DNA of 64,000 nt, from positions 56,854,001-56,918,000 of the forward strand of contig CM060733.1 in assembly GCA_030704615.1 (NCBI GenBank), read 5' to 3'. The number at the start of each line of letters is the position of its first letter. Position 1 is the stretch's first letter. The notes under the pieces are model-generated. The model had not been told where the DNA came from. It searched no databases and worked only from the letters and a program-made list of their open reading frames with translations. The translations under genes and the position numbers were made by a program. Below are positions 47,501 to 64,000 of this stretch, piece after piece. This stretch comes from Takakia lepidozioides. Lineage: Eukaryota; Plantae; Bryophyta.

Positions 47501-50500
47501 CATTATTTTCGACAAATGAGTCTTTATGGATCAGAAGAAAATACAAACCATCATCGAGTGGATTAAACCAACTTCCGTCTGAAATGTACAATGTTTTCTA
47601 GGATTTGCAAATTTCTATAGAATCTTCATCAAGGACTACTCCAAAATTGCTGCACCATTGACACGACTCACAAGGAAGGATAAATTTGTATGGGACGAGA
47701 AGGCTGACCAAACATTTGAAAGGATGAAGCAGACATTTACAACGGCTCCAATACTGGTACGTGCAGACCTATCTAAACCATTCTTTTTGGAAGCAGATAC
47801 ATCGGACTTTGTACTTGACGCGGTACTCTCTCAATACGGTACAGATGGTCGACTTTACCCTGTTGGTTTTCGTTCTCGCAAATTTTCTGCTGCGGAGATC
47901 AATCATGAAATCCATGACAAAGAACTTCTAGCGATTATTGATGCTTTTGAGGAGTGACGTCATCTATTGGAGGGAACTAAACATCATGTTACAGTCTATA
48001 CCGATCACAAAAACCTCGAGTATTTTATGAGTGCTCGTGTTTTGAATCGACGACAAGCGAGATGAAGTATGTCACTAGCAAAGTTTGATTTTGTTATTAC
48101 CTACCATCCCGGACATCTTCAAGGAAAACCAGATGTTCTTTTTCGACGATCGTATCTTCTGCCAAAAGAAGGGGATGCAGCTTTTGACCAACAGAAATCC
48201 ATCATCTTGAAACCAGCAAATCTCCAATTGAATATACTATCCATGTCCACTTATGACGATGTAGAGATCATAAAGGAGATTCAAGAAGCACTGAAGAGCG
48301 ACCAATTTGCTACGACACTACGAAGTCAACTAAATCGACCTCGAGACAACCCACAAGTTACAAACGACTTTGAATTCAAAGATGACTTACTTTATTTCAA
48401 AGGACTTCTCTATGTACCTCCAGGACCTACACGACTTCAAATTCTTCAAATATGTCATGATCTTCCGGCTGCAAGACATTTCGGCTTCAACAAAACAATG
48501 GAATTGATATCCAAGGACTATTGGTGGCCGCAGATGTGGAAATTCGTGAAAGAATTATAAAAATCTTGCGACACGTGTGCTAGAGCGAAGGGACCACGAC
48601 ATCGACCTTACGGCCTTCTTCAACCATTACCCATTCCCAAGGGCCTATGGTCGTCCGTGTCTATGGGCTTTATTACGGACCTTCCAATTTCCAAGACCAC
48701 CGATTCAATCCTTGTTATTATAGATCGTTTTACGAAGATGACACATGACGGTTACCGACGAGGAAACTGCAAGACTCTTCCTCAATAATATCTACCGCAT
48801 TCATGGACTCCCGAATGACATCGTATCTGATCGAGGACCACAGTTCATATCAAATTTCTGGAGGAGATTATTTCACATATTGGATACTAAGATCAATCTC
48901 CCTACAGTTAATCATCCACAGACTGATGGTCAAACCGAACGTGTAAACCAGATTTTGGAGCAGTATCTTCGCTGTACGATAAATTATCACCAAGATAATT
49001 GGACGGACCTTTTGTCATTAGCTGAGTTTGCCTACAACAACACTATATTTTCTTCGACCAAGCAAACTCCATTTTTCTCCAATTATGGTCATCATCCTCG
49101 AGCAAACCCTTTCCACATGAAGACTGTTGGAAGCCCTGCTGCAGAAAACCTTGCTACTCATCTTGCTATGATTCACAAGGAGCTTACATTCCACCTCGCA
49201 GAAGCTCAAAAACAATACAAGGAGTATGCAGATCAACGTCGCCAACTCCAACCCCAGTTCAAGGTCGGAGATCGTGTGTGGCTTCTTCGACGTGACATAC
49301 AAACCTCGCGACCATCAAGGAAGTTGGATTATCAACGTCTGGGACCATTCAAAATTATTCGACAAATAAATCCAGTCAGTTTTCAGCTTGAACTCCCACG
49401 AAGTATGCGCATCCATCCAGTCTTTCATGTTTCATTAGTGGAGTGGTATCATCCATCGAATATTCCACGGAGAGTCTCTGTACCACCTCCACCAATCGAA
49501 GTCAATCAGGAAATTGAGTATGAAGTCGACGAAGTCCTAGACTTTTGCATCAAGTATAAACGTTTTGAGTATTTCGTACATTGAAAAGGCTACGACATCA
49601 GCGAACGAACATGTGAACCTTCATCCAACCTCGCCAATGCATCTGACAAAGTCCAAGAGTTTCATCAACGATATCCAGCTAAGCCCCGAGCTACACGTCA
49701 ATAAGACGTCACAACGATGATGTCAGCCAAGTTAGCTTCAAGGTGAAGACTTCATATTCAATGTACCTAATACACACTAAGGAAGGAGGAGCACCACACA
49801 TCAGTATATATAGCTATACTTCCAACACTCTTGCATCTCGTATTGGCAACATGAAGTCAGAAGAACTAGATACATTGAAGCTGTCGCTTACCCAACTACC
49901 AGATCAACCGTTCCGACTCTCACGACCTTCAACATCGACGCTCTCGAGACGATGAGCCACCAATGCGACGCGTACTTCCTCGTCTGGACCCCGTACGACG
50001 GTAAGTGGAGCCTACTCGAAGTCTGATAATTTTGTTGGAGGTTGAGGCTTCGGACCCAGAGGGCAACGAAATCATGTTTGAAGACAGCTTAAAAAATCAG
50101 AATGCTCAAATCACTACGTGGTCCCAAGTTCAAGGTGTTGGACACTATTGATGGCTGCAAAAACGTATAAATCATTTGAGTCAAGAATGAAGAGCCGAAT
50201 ACTTGGCAAGTACCATTCGCCGGATTTTGGATTTTCTCCAACTCTAAGCAAGTCCAAGATTTTACCGCTCCTCGAGGAACTCGGCGCTAGAGGAGGGGGT
50301 GATGTCACGGACATAGCCCAAAAGAACTTACCAGGAGTAAATACAAGAAGTTACAAAGTTACTATGTTATCAAAAGTTATCATGACTTACTACTATAATT
50401 TACCATTACTTATCATGTTACCGGAATTTTACCAAATCACCAAGAGTAACTTGGGAAACTGCTCATGAAGCTTCATTTGGAGGAAACTTCTCCATCAAAA

Positions 50501-50852
50501 TACCTCATTTGTTTAAGGAAGCTTCTCCATCAAGAAACATTTGTTTACTCTTGGAAACTTCTCCATCGAGAAACCTCCATAGGGGAAGCTTCTTAGGAGA
50601 CTTCTTAGTAGCCAGTATATATAGGAGGTGAGACTGGACACTCTTCAGTCTCGCCAACACCAGTTCAAGTTACTCTTGTTTCCAGTTCCCAGTACTCTAG
50701 CCCAATTTCTAGTATCTGGTACTTCAGTCCAGTTTCCAGCATTCCAGTATTCAAGTTGTGTTCCAATATCTTGTACTATTGTTCATTGTTATAAAAATCG
50801 TCTTGATTCCTATTTACTCATCGTGCATACGGCCACGCCGACCTTGACTTCT
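44542..50852 (+). mobile_element. Ty3/gypsy chromovirus (Tf1/sushi/Tcn1-like), near full-length, decayed
   Basis: 5' LTR TGT..ACA at 44542-45152; gag from 45190; PR; RT (KNRYPLP, MPFGL, YLDD); RH; IN (SDRGPQF, HPQTDGQTER, GPF); chromodomain (EYEVDEVLD..YFVH*KGY); PPT AGAGGAGGGGG; 3' LTR from 50303, truncated at ~50852. Several CGA/TGG to TGA stops. Confidence 0.95.
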
Positions 50853-51431
50853 TGAAAGCATCCAACAGCCACTCGACTGAAAATGCATGTAGAACTTTGT
50901 CACCGCCACACATTTCTAAATCTATGGTAATACCATTGTGATCGTTGATGAACTCTAGGCACTTCTTCACATAGCCCAGAAACTTGGCCGACTCGGGGGG
51001 AAAGATCATATCCTTCATGACGCAACTGCCGATTTTCCAGCGAAAAGTATTACTTTCGTGAAACAGGCTCACTTCACCCATCACCAATTGGTTTGGCTGA
51101 CCTGCAGCCCAAGTGTCATCTGTTGTGCTGCCCAAAAATTTGTAACTGGGTAGAGGTTGATCAACCAAGATGCACTTAGTCTTGTACAACCTCGGAAACA
51201 TGTAGAAAGGGTCACAAGGACCCTCCTCCACATGCCTATTTGACCAAGCTAGGGTGAGCAGTATTCCGTTGAAAAATGGAAACTTGAGTCAGGATCTTCT
51301 CAGTCAGGAGTTTCATGTCGTGAGAATGAAGACTCTTGCTGACCCAATTCGTCAGCATTTGGGCTGCGGATTCGTCGAACCCATAAGGTTTCAATCCTTC
51401 AAGGGCATTGTATAGCTTGACAAAGTCCATC
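50853..51431 (-). other. Unidentified ORF fragments
   Basis: Two adjacent ORFs (MDFVKLYNALEG.., EEGPCDPFYMFP..) with protein-like composition. No family recognised. Confidence 0.3.
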
Positions 51432-51559
51432 TTTTGCAATCTCTTTCCTGGATTCACAATAATTAAGTTAGAGAGCTGGAGTCTGGAACTAAGACTTGGA
51501 AGTTTACATTTAAATATCCATATCAACAGACAAAGGTACAGTTTCATTATTTATCGTAC

Positions 51560-51915
51560 GCAATTTATGAAGATGGTGTACAATAATAATGAGGTCACAT
51601 CTTCATCTTATACAAAATCTTGAAGACATGCTCAGTCAAGAATTTAATATGACTGATGAAGGTGAAGTCCACTTGGTATACAAATTACACACAACAAGCA
51701 AGACCATTTGCTCATCATCTCTCAAACAAAGTATTTAAAAAGAGTATTACTAATATATCAATTAATGAAGTATAATACAATTTCTACTCCGCTTAAAAGT
51801 GGAATAAAGCTATAAGACAAGACAGTCCTACCATAGTATCAAAAGAAGAGATAATGCAACATACACATATGCACAAGCTACAGGTAGCTTAATGCATGCA
51901 ATAGTGGATACTCAA
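51560..51915 (+). mobile_element. Ty1/copia reverse transcriptase fragment
   Basis: LSQEFNMTDEGEVH, GIQIT, IISQTKY, STPL and YAQATGSLMHA, spread across frames. Confidence 0.7.
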
Positions 51916-53453
51916 CATGTATCAATATCAAAATGTATGCTGGATCAAATACTGGATATCGACTATCAATGAATAACAAGATAACACCATGTCGGAGAGG
52001 ATATCACAAATTTCGGGTATCATCCAGGTATTGTGTATCGAACATCCCCGGGAGGATATAAGTCCGGAAATCAACCAACAAAGGTGGGGATATATATATA
52101 TAATATTCAGTTTTCAACCTGTAACCCGAGCTGTTTATCACTCTAACATGGATTATTACTTTGTTTCAGTTGATCCAAGTATTAGGAACTAGTTAGATCA
52201 ACTTAATCAAAGTATTAATCTATGAGCTAAACAAGATCGCTCCTGGAGCGAGGAATCTCCGAAGCAATACCGACATCGCACAAGACGCTGATGACGATCG
52301 AAATAAAATGAACTCTACGTTCTGGTGCCAACAATGGCACTTATAAACATCACCCCTGATCACTCACAATCTCTTTGCACAAGCAGCAAACAAGGTTCGA
52401 TAAAATGACCTACAAAGTGAATCGGAGGAAACCAAACTGCAAAATGAAATCAAACAATGATCAGGTAGAAATGAAACAACCTCATTTCAGCTTATGATGT
52501 ATTCAAGAACAACCCACAAAACTTCTATGACTATCTCTAAATCACCAACTCATAAACCTGAAAACACACTGAGGTGAAATGAACTTGAGATCAAAATTGT
52601 GAAGAATGAAAGTAGTTCAAGACGCCCAAATCCGCAGCTTCAAGCACCCAACGAGATTCAAGCCTCCACCTCAACTCAAGTCAATCAATGAAACTCAATG
52701 AGACCAATATCACTCATTTCGTTATGCAGAACTTGCTATCTGATATAGTCGATATGCTCACAACATGCTCACAATATGCTAGCAACATCACTCAACAGAC
52801 AAAGCTTCAGAACAAAGCGAGCTTCAGAGTTGTCTACCTGTGCACAAAGAGCTCCGCCAAACCACACAGAGAAGAGAGAGAGAAGAAAATAAGCTCTCGT
52901 TGGGTTGAAAGGGAGACTTACGTTTAGATCGCTGCTCTGAAAGAAGAGTTTGATGCACAAGCCGGTTATGAAGGAACACCCCAATCGACGTCGACTCTGC
53001 GCAAGAGCTCGGAGTGCACGCTACACGCTGCTGTTGTCACCTATGTACTTGCAGTCCCGCTTACTATCTGGACGCACATTGTCGGTATCCAGTCATGTCA
53101 CGCACTACATGTGGATGCTCTTCCACCCTCTTAATTATTGGAGTTGCCATTACCGACAGGCAGATGTATTGCACAAAGGTCTTTACCGACAGTTTTGTTT
53201 TTTGGTTAACAGGGTTGGAGCCCTGGTTAACTTTATTCTGAAATATTTTTGGTGGGCGAGGCCCTTACATAGATGGTTATTGGGAGGGAAAAAATTAAAC
53301 CCTCTGATTACGCCATAAGGCACACACACCGTAGTCAGTGAATTGGAGTCTAACCACTCATGATGAGTAATAACGAACTGTCCGGCCTGAGAACTTTTAG
53401 CGTAATGCTACGAAGTGGTGGCGATCCCCACTGGATTCGATAATGTATGTTCC

Positions 53454-53915
53454 TCAAACCATAGATAGAATAAAAAAACTAGCCACGAGTTTAGGCCTGC
53501 TTAAGCGGATTGCTTGGCCCAAGGACTTGGAGGAAGCTGAGCCTGGAGGCCTTTGATGATTGCTTAACGTGCTTCCAGTTGATATCCAACTCCTGCGAGG
53601 CTGTGGATGGTACCCGTGGCGTCTCTCCAAGCCCTTGGGGGCAGTTTGTTCCAGTCGCAGCGATCCGGAAGGGGCTGTTGCAGATAATTCCATCCCGCCC
53701 ACAAGTCGCAATGAAGGTAGAGTGGAGCTGGGTAGCTTGTTGGTCCGTGCTCTTTCGATATCTGCACATAGTTTTCTCCACGCTTTCCTGGCCTCAATTT
53801 GCATGTCCATGTAGATTTTTGCGAGGAGTGAGGAAGCTCTAATTGTTTTTGCATTGAAAGTTTTTTCGCATCTTATTTTCCAGAGGTGCCAGAGCGTTGC
53901 GCTTCTACGAGTAGA
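53454..53915 (-). mobile_element. L1-like LINE ORF2 C-terminal fragment
   Basis: RSATLWHLWKIRCEKTF matches the W..W..R....F pattern of L1 ORF2 C-termini. Confidence 0.5.
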
Positions 53916-53937
53916 CAGATTTGTGTGCCGTCAAACC

Positions 53938-54075
53938 TTTTTTCTTTTTGTTGTTTTTAAAGGGAAACACCTGAGAGCGACAGCTCACAGATCAGGCCCC
54001 TTAATTATAGTGAGAGGAGAAAATAACCTCTTTCACATTAACCTAGCCATAAAGGCATCCAAATGGGACACCCCC
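53938..54075 (-). mobile_element. 5'-truncated SINE copy
   Basis: GGAAACAC.TG.GAG.GACAGCTCACA.ATCAGGCCCC..ATAACCTCTTTCACA is shared with 43726-43820. Confidence 0.55.
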
Positions 54076-54329
54076 AAGTGGAAGGGCCTAACACATTTTG
54101 GGAATTTTTCAAATTTTGCCTAATTGCTCGGAAACTGTGGGAAAAAAGTGCCTAATTCCTGAAAATTCCAGCAAAAAACTTTCAAGCCTCTTCTCATGTT
54201 GTTTGTAATATTTCAATCTGTGGATGCGATTTGTCTTCCACAAAGAAATGTGCCACTATCCTGTCTTCCAACTTCACAAAGAATTCCCTTGAATTCAAGA
54301 AATCTAGCCTCGAAGTCACAAACAAAGTT

Positions 54330-59787
<5,458 letters not shown>

Positions 59788-61219
59788 TTTGTCCCATAAG
59801 CTTTATGAGCTTTCCGCGGACGTTATAAAGCACCATTTCATTTCATTTCATTTCACTTCATGTCGTCAACTCTGGATCGATATGGCAGACGTAGAATCGT
59901 AATTGTGTGAATTACTTCGTAATTGCTTTGATTAGTAAGGGTGGAGCTCATCTCAAAGACAACTTTCACGTAGCAGCCAATGTAAAGATTTCAAGGCTTG
60001 GTTCTTGTCATTGTATGTGTCTGAATCACGAGCAGTCTTTTGGTCAATTGCCTAAGCTACACGGCCTCCACCAGCGCAGGCGGACTACTTTTAAGTATAA
60101 CCCACAAGTAACACCACTGAAATTCTCACAACTAACTAAAACCAAAACGAACGTGTACTCAGAAGTGAAGTCACAACAACGAAAGGAAGAGACACGACGG
60201 ACACACCGGGTCAATTCCAGAGCCATTTATCTCATGCTCTTGCTCATTCTTTTCATCAAAGACCAGAGTTTCCAAAGCTTTGGGGGCTGAAGTAGAGGGA
60301 CCGACATCGGGAGCTCTTCCATGGCCTGTACTCTCGCAGAATCTGTTGTGGTGTTTGCTCGGCAAACGTCGCCCTTGATCACTTTCCAAACACCACATCA
60401 ACACCTAGTGATTTCTGAATTCATCAGTAGCCTTTCACTTAAAACTCTATTCCCCTTTCTCTCTAGATTGCAAGGCATCCTATACAACCAGATGTGAACA
60501 CTGCCTTCACGGAAATGTATACAAAAGGGGAGCATTGAAGATGAAATTGCTTCATACATGTTCTCAAATCTGCCCTCTAACTATAGACAATTGTGTTCTA
60601 AGGTCAGTAGGTAGATTCTGTTACTACCTTCTGACCTTGAACTAAAACATGCACAAACTGATGTTTTAGTGTGTGGGAGGCATACAATCCAACTCATGCC
60701 ACAACAATCAATAACAGAATACTGTAATACCATTACAATCACTATGCAAACTTTCAAGTGGCCACGATGGGGTTGGATATTGGTGGGGGTTAAGGCTAGC
60801 TTTCGACAACATTCATGCAAGTTAGTCAAGGGCTCTATCATGTCCAATTTAAGATACTGAACAAATTTGTGCACAAGGCTGCCCCTGTAATTGTATTTGC
60901 ATTCATCTTCAAGCTGCGAAGAAGCTCCACCACGCACAGCAGAATTAGGACTGAACTCTGGTTTCCTTCCACTATCCCCAGATCAGTCAAAAGCCCCCCT
61001 TCACTTGTTACCTGCTCCAGTCAAGTGCAATCATGGGCTGACTGACTTCCCACCTATGCTGGGGTAGACCCACTACACTTTCTTGTGGATATGCTACAGG
61101 AAACGCCCTCAACAATACATCATGGTCAATATTCTCAGGAAATGGTGAATGAATTGAGGAGCTGCGGGGATCAATGGATGAAGCAAGAGAATCACATCTT
61201 TCCAGCAAGAAACATCATT

Positions 61220-64000
61220 TCACCAGTAATCCCCACAAGAACACACCCCATCTTCAAAGTGGTGAAAGCGGTTTGCGTCCCGTACAACAATTGCTCGGCC
61301 AACAATCTTTGAGATGAACTTGGTGGAGGTGTGGCAGTCATCACACACCCGAAGATTCTTGATGAGCCGGAGAGGCGTCCTAGGGGCCATGCTGATCAGC
61401 CCAAAACCAATGGCCAGCTTCTCACTGTGGTGGCAAAGAGAATATTCCTTTTGCTCCTCCCCCACATCACGCAATACAAAGCGCGTGTCAGGCACATACC
61501 CTGCCTCCTTCATCTGCCCATACAATCTTCTCAGCTCAGAATGAATTTCCTTAATTTTAGGATGCAATTTGTCATCTACAACAAAGGTGTGCACCCTGTT
61601 GCCAACCTCAATGGAGCAGCGACCTGGCTCCTTTCTAGCCCCTCTGACCTTCATCATTTTTCTCACCTGTGCACTGTCGTCCCACCTGCCAGCTGCAGCC
61701 TAGATGTTTGATAGCAACACATAAGTTGCAGCATCCTGTTCATCCCACTTCAGAATAGATGTTGCTGCCCGTTCAGCCATCTCCACATTGCCATGGATTC
61801 TGCAGGCACCAAGCAAGGCCTTCCACACCACAGCATCTGGTTGGATTGGCATTTTACTAATGAGGTCCTCTGCCTCATCCAATTGCCCCGCACGTCCAAG
61901 AAGGTCAACCATGCAGCCAAAGTGCTGTACCGTCGGGATGACACCATGATCTTGAATAAGGGAATCAAAGTAGCATCTTCCTTCATCCAGCAGGCCAACG
62001 TGGCTGCATGCAGAGAGAACACATATATAGGTAATACTGTCCGGCTCCAACCCTTCCATTTGCAATCCCTCAAATAGTTGCAGGGCCTCAGTATGACAAC
62101 CATGCTGGGCATATCCTGCAATCATAGCGTTCCACAACACCACATTTCGTTCAGCAATATTATCGAACACTCCCTTTGCATCTTCAATGCTCCCACATTT
62201 GGCGTACATGTCCACCAGGGCAGTGTTCAGAATGACATCTGGTATAATTCCAGCTTTAATGATGTCACCGTGGACCTCTTTGCCCTTTTCCAGGGCAGCC
62301 AGGCTCGCACACACATTGCAAACACAAACAAATGTGACGTGGTCGGGCTTCACCCTCTGCCACATCATTTGCGCATAGGTCTCCAAAGCCTCCATACCGC
62401 ACCCTTGCTGTGCATATCCGGCAATCATCGCGCTCCATGACACCACATCTTGTTCAGCCATATTGTCAAACACTCCCTTTGCATCTTCAATGCTCCCACA
62501 TTTAGCATACATGTCCACCAGGGCAGTGTTCAGAATGACATCTGGTACAATTCCACCTTTGACAATGTGACCATGAACCTCTTTGCCCTTTTTGAGGGCT
62601 GCAAGGCTCGCACATGCATTGCAAATGCAAACAAATGTGATGTGGTCAGGCTTCACCCCTTTGCACATCATCTGCTCATAGGTCTCCAAGGCCTCCATAC
62701 TGCACCCCTGCTGTGCATATGTTGCCATCATTGTGTTCCAAGACACCACATTTCGTTCAGGCATGTTGTCAAATAGTCCCTTTGCATCTTCAATGCTCCC
62801 ACATTTGGCATACATGTCCACCAGGGCAGTGTTCAGAATGACATCTGGTACAATTCCAGCTTTGACGATGTCACCATGAACCTCTTTGCCCTTTTCCAGG
62901 GCTGCCAGGCTCGCACATGCATTGCAAACGCAAACAAATGTGATCTGGTTGGGCTTCACCCCTTCCCACATCATTTGCTCATAGGTCTCCAAAGCCTCCA
63001 TCCCGCACCCCTGCTGTGCATATCCTCCAATCATCGCACTCCACGACACCACATTTCGTTCAGCCATTTTGTCGAACACCCCCTTTGCATCCTCAATGCA
63101 CCCACATTTGGAATACATGTCCACGAGGGTATTGTTCAGATTGACATTTGGTACAATTCCAGCTCTGACAATCTCACAATGGACCTCTTTGCCCTTTTCC
63201 AGGGCTGCCAGGCTTGCACATGCATTGCAAACGCAAACAAACGTGACATGGTCAGGCTTCACCCCTTCTCGCATCATTTGCTCATAGGTCTCCAAAGCCT
63301 CCATTCCGGACCCCTGCTGTGCATATCCGGCGATCATCGCGTTCCAGGACACCACATCTCGTTCAGTCATATTGTCGAACACTCCCTTTGCATCCTCGAT
63401 GCACCCACATTTGGCATACATGTCCACCAGGGTATTGTTCAGAATGACGTTTGGGACAACTCCAGCTTTCATGATGTCATCATGGACCTGTTTTCCCTTT
63501 TCCAGAGCTGCCAGGCTTGCACACGCATTGCAAACGCAAACAAATGTGATATGGTCGGGCTTCACCCCTTCCCGCAGCATTTGCTCATAAGTCTCCAAAG
63601 CCTTCCTACCGCACCCATGCTTGGTAAATCCTGCTATAATCGTATTCCACGTGATCAGACATCGTTGAGGCATTCCGTTGAACACTTGGTGAGCATTGAC
63701 AATGCTTCCACACTTAACATACATGTTGACAAGGATGTTGTTTAGAAAAACGTTTGGCTTGAATCCACTTCGGATAATGTGAGCATGCACCTGCTTTCCA
63801 GCTTCCAGGCCTTTCACCTTGATGCACTTATGCAAGAGACAGACGTAAGTATCTGAATCTGCTGACATTCCTCCTTGGTTTAAAGTCTGAAGAGCCTCTT
63901 TCAGTCGCCCTGCCTCACATAGCATCCTCACATGCCCAGAAGTGCCGGAAGAGGCATTGTGGACTCCCTCTCTGGGTCCTCTTTCACAAGCTGTGGCTGT
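61220..64000 (-). CDS. PLS-class PPR protein with E and DYW deaminase domains (organellar C-to-U editing factor type); in-frame stop in the E domain; 5' end beyond the window
   Basis: Regular 101-aa P-L-S triplets, PG box, HHSEKLA, VCDDCH, terminal CSCGDYW. TAG at 61700-61702 in [12 protein letters not shown], where Y is usual. Frame is open to base 64000. Confidence 0.92.

Noticed and set aside
61700-61702. Stop codon repaired by U-to-C RNA editing
   Set aside because: Such editing is organellar, and it would give Gln rather than the conserved Tyr.
62078-63745. Plus-strand ORFs up to 289 aa
   Set aside because: Antisense shadows of the repetitive PPR gene.

Overview
Eukaryotic, almost certainly land-plant DNA, most likely a non-seed plant (PLS-DYW PPR genes, GT-AG introns, chromovirus-type LTR element). 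It is a nested transposon-rich region and no host gene in it reads as intact. The main observation is two related Mutator-like DNA transposon families, A (1-10630, right end only) and B (22663-32800, plus a fragment at 10631-11874). They share a GGGGG..TTTCATGAGC(CATGAGC)n terminus. Each carries an intron-containing accessory gene encoding a ParB/Sulfiredoxin-like domain (DGNHR) fused to a beta-class N4C/N6A DNA-methyltransferase-like domain with a non-canonical catalytic motif. Each family has its own 22-bp palindrome (A: GGAAATGCGG-NN-CCGCATTTCC; B: GGGAAGTCKG-NN-CMGACTTCCC), repeated in flanking arrays and in introns. This suggests a co-evolving protein/site system (anti-silencing, self-marking or parS-like). 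The rest of the window holds: a kinase-carrying element with a third palindrome array; a Ty3/gypsy element with an extra RNase H ORF between a tRNA-Gly PBS and gag; a self-priming chromovirus; LINE, SINE, copia and CACTA-like fragments; a 484-bp inverted repeat; a MAP2 pseudogene; and PPR genes and pseudogenes. Many small indels could be decay or long-read assembly error. All domain calls come from motifs read by eye, not from database searches.
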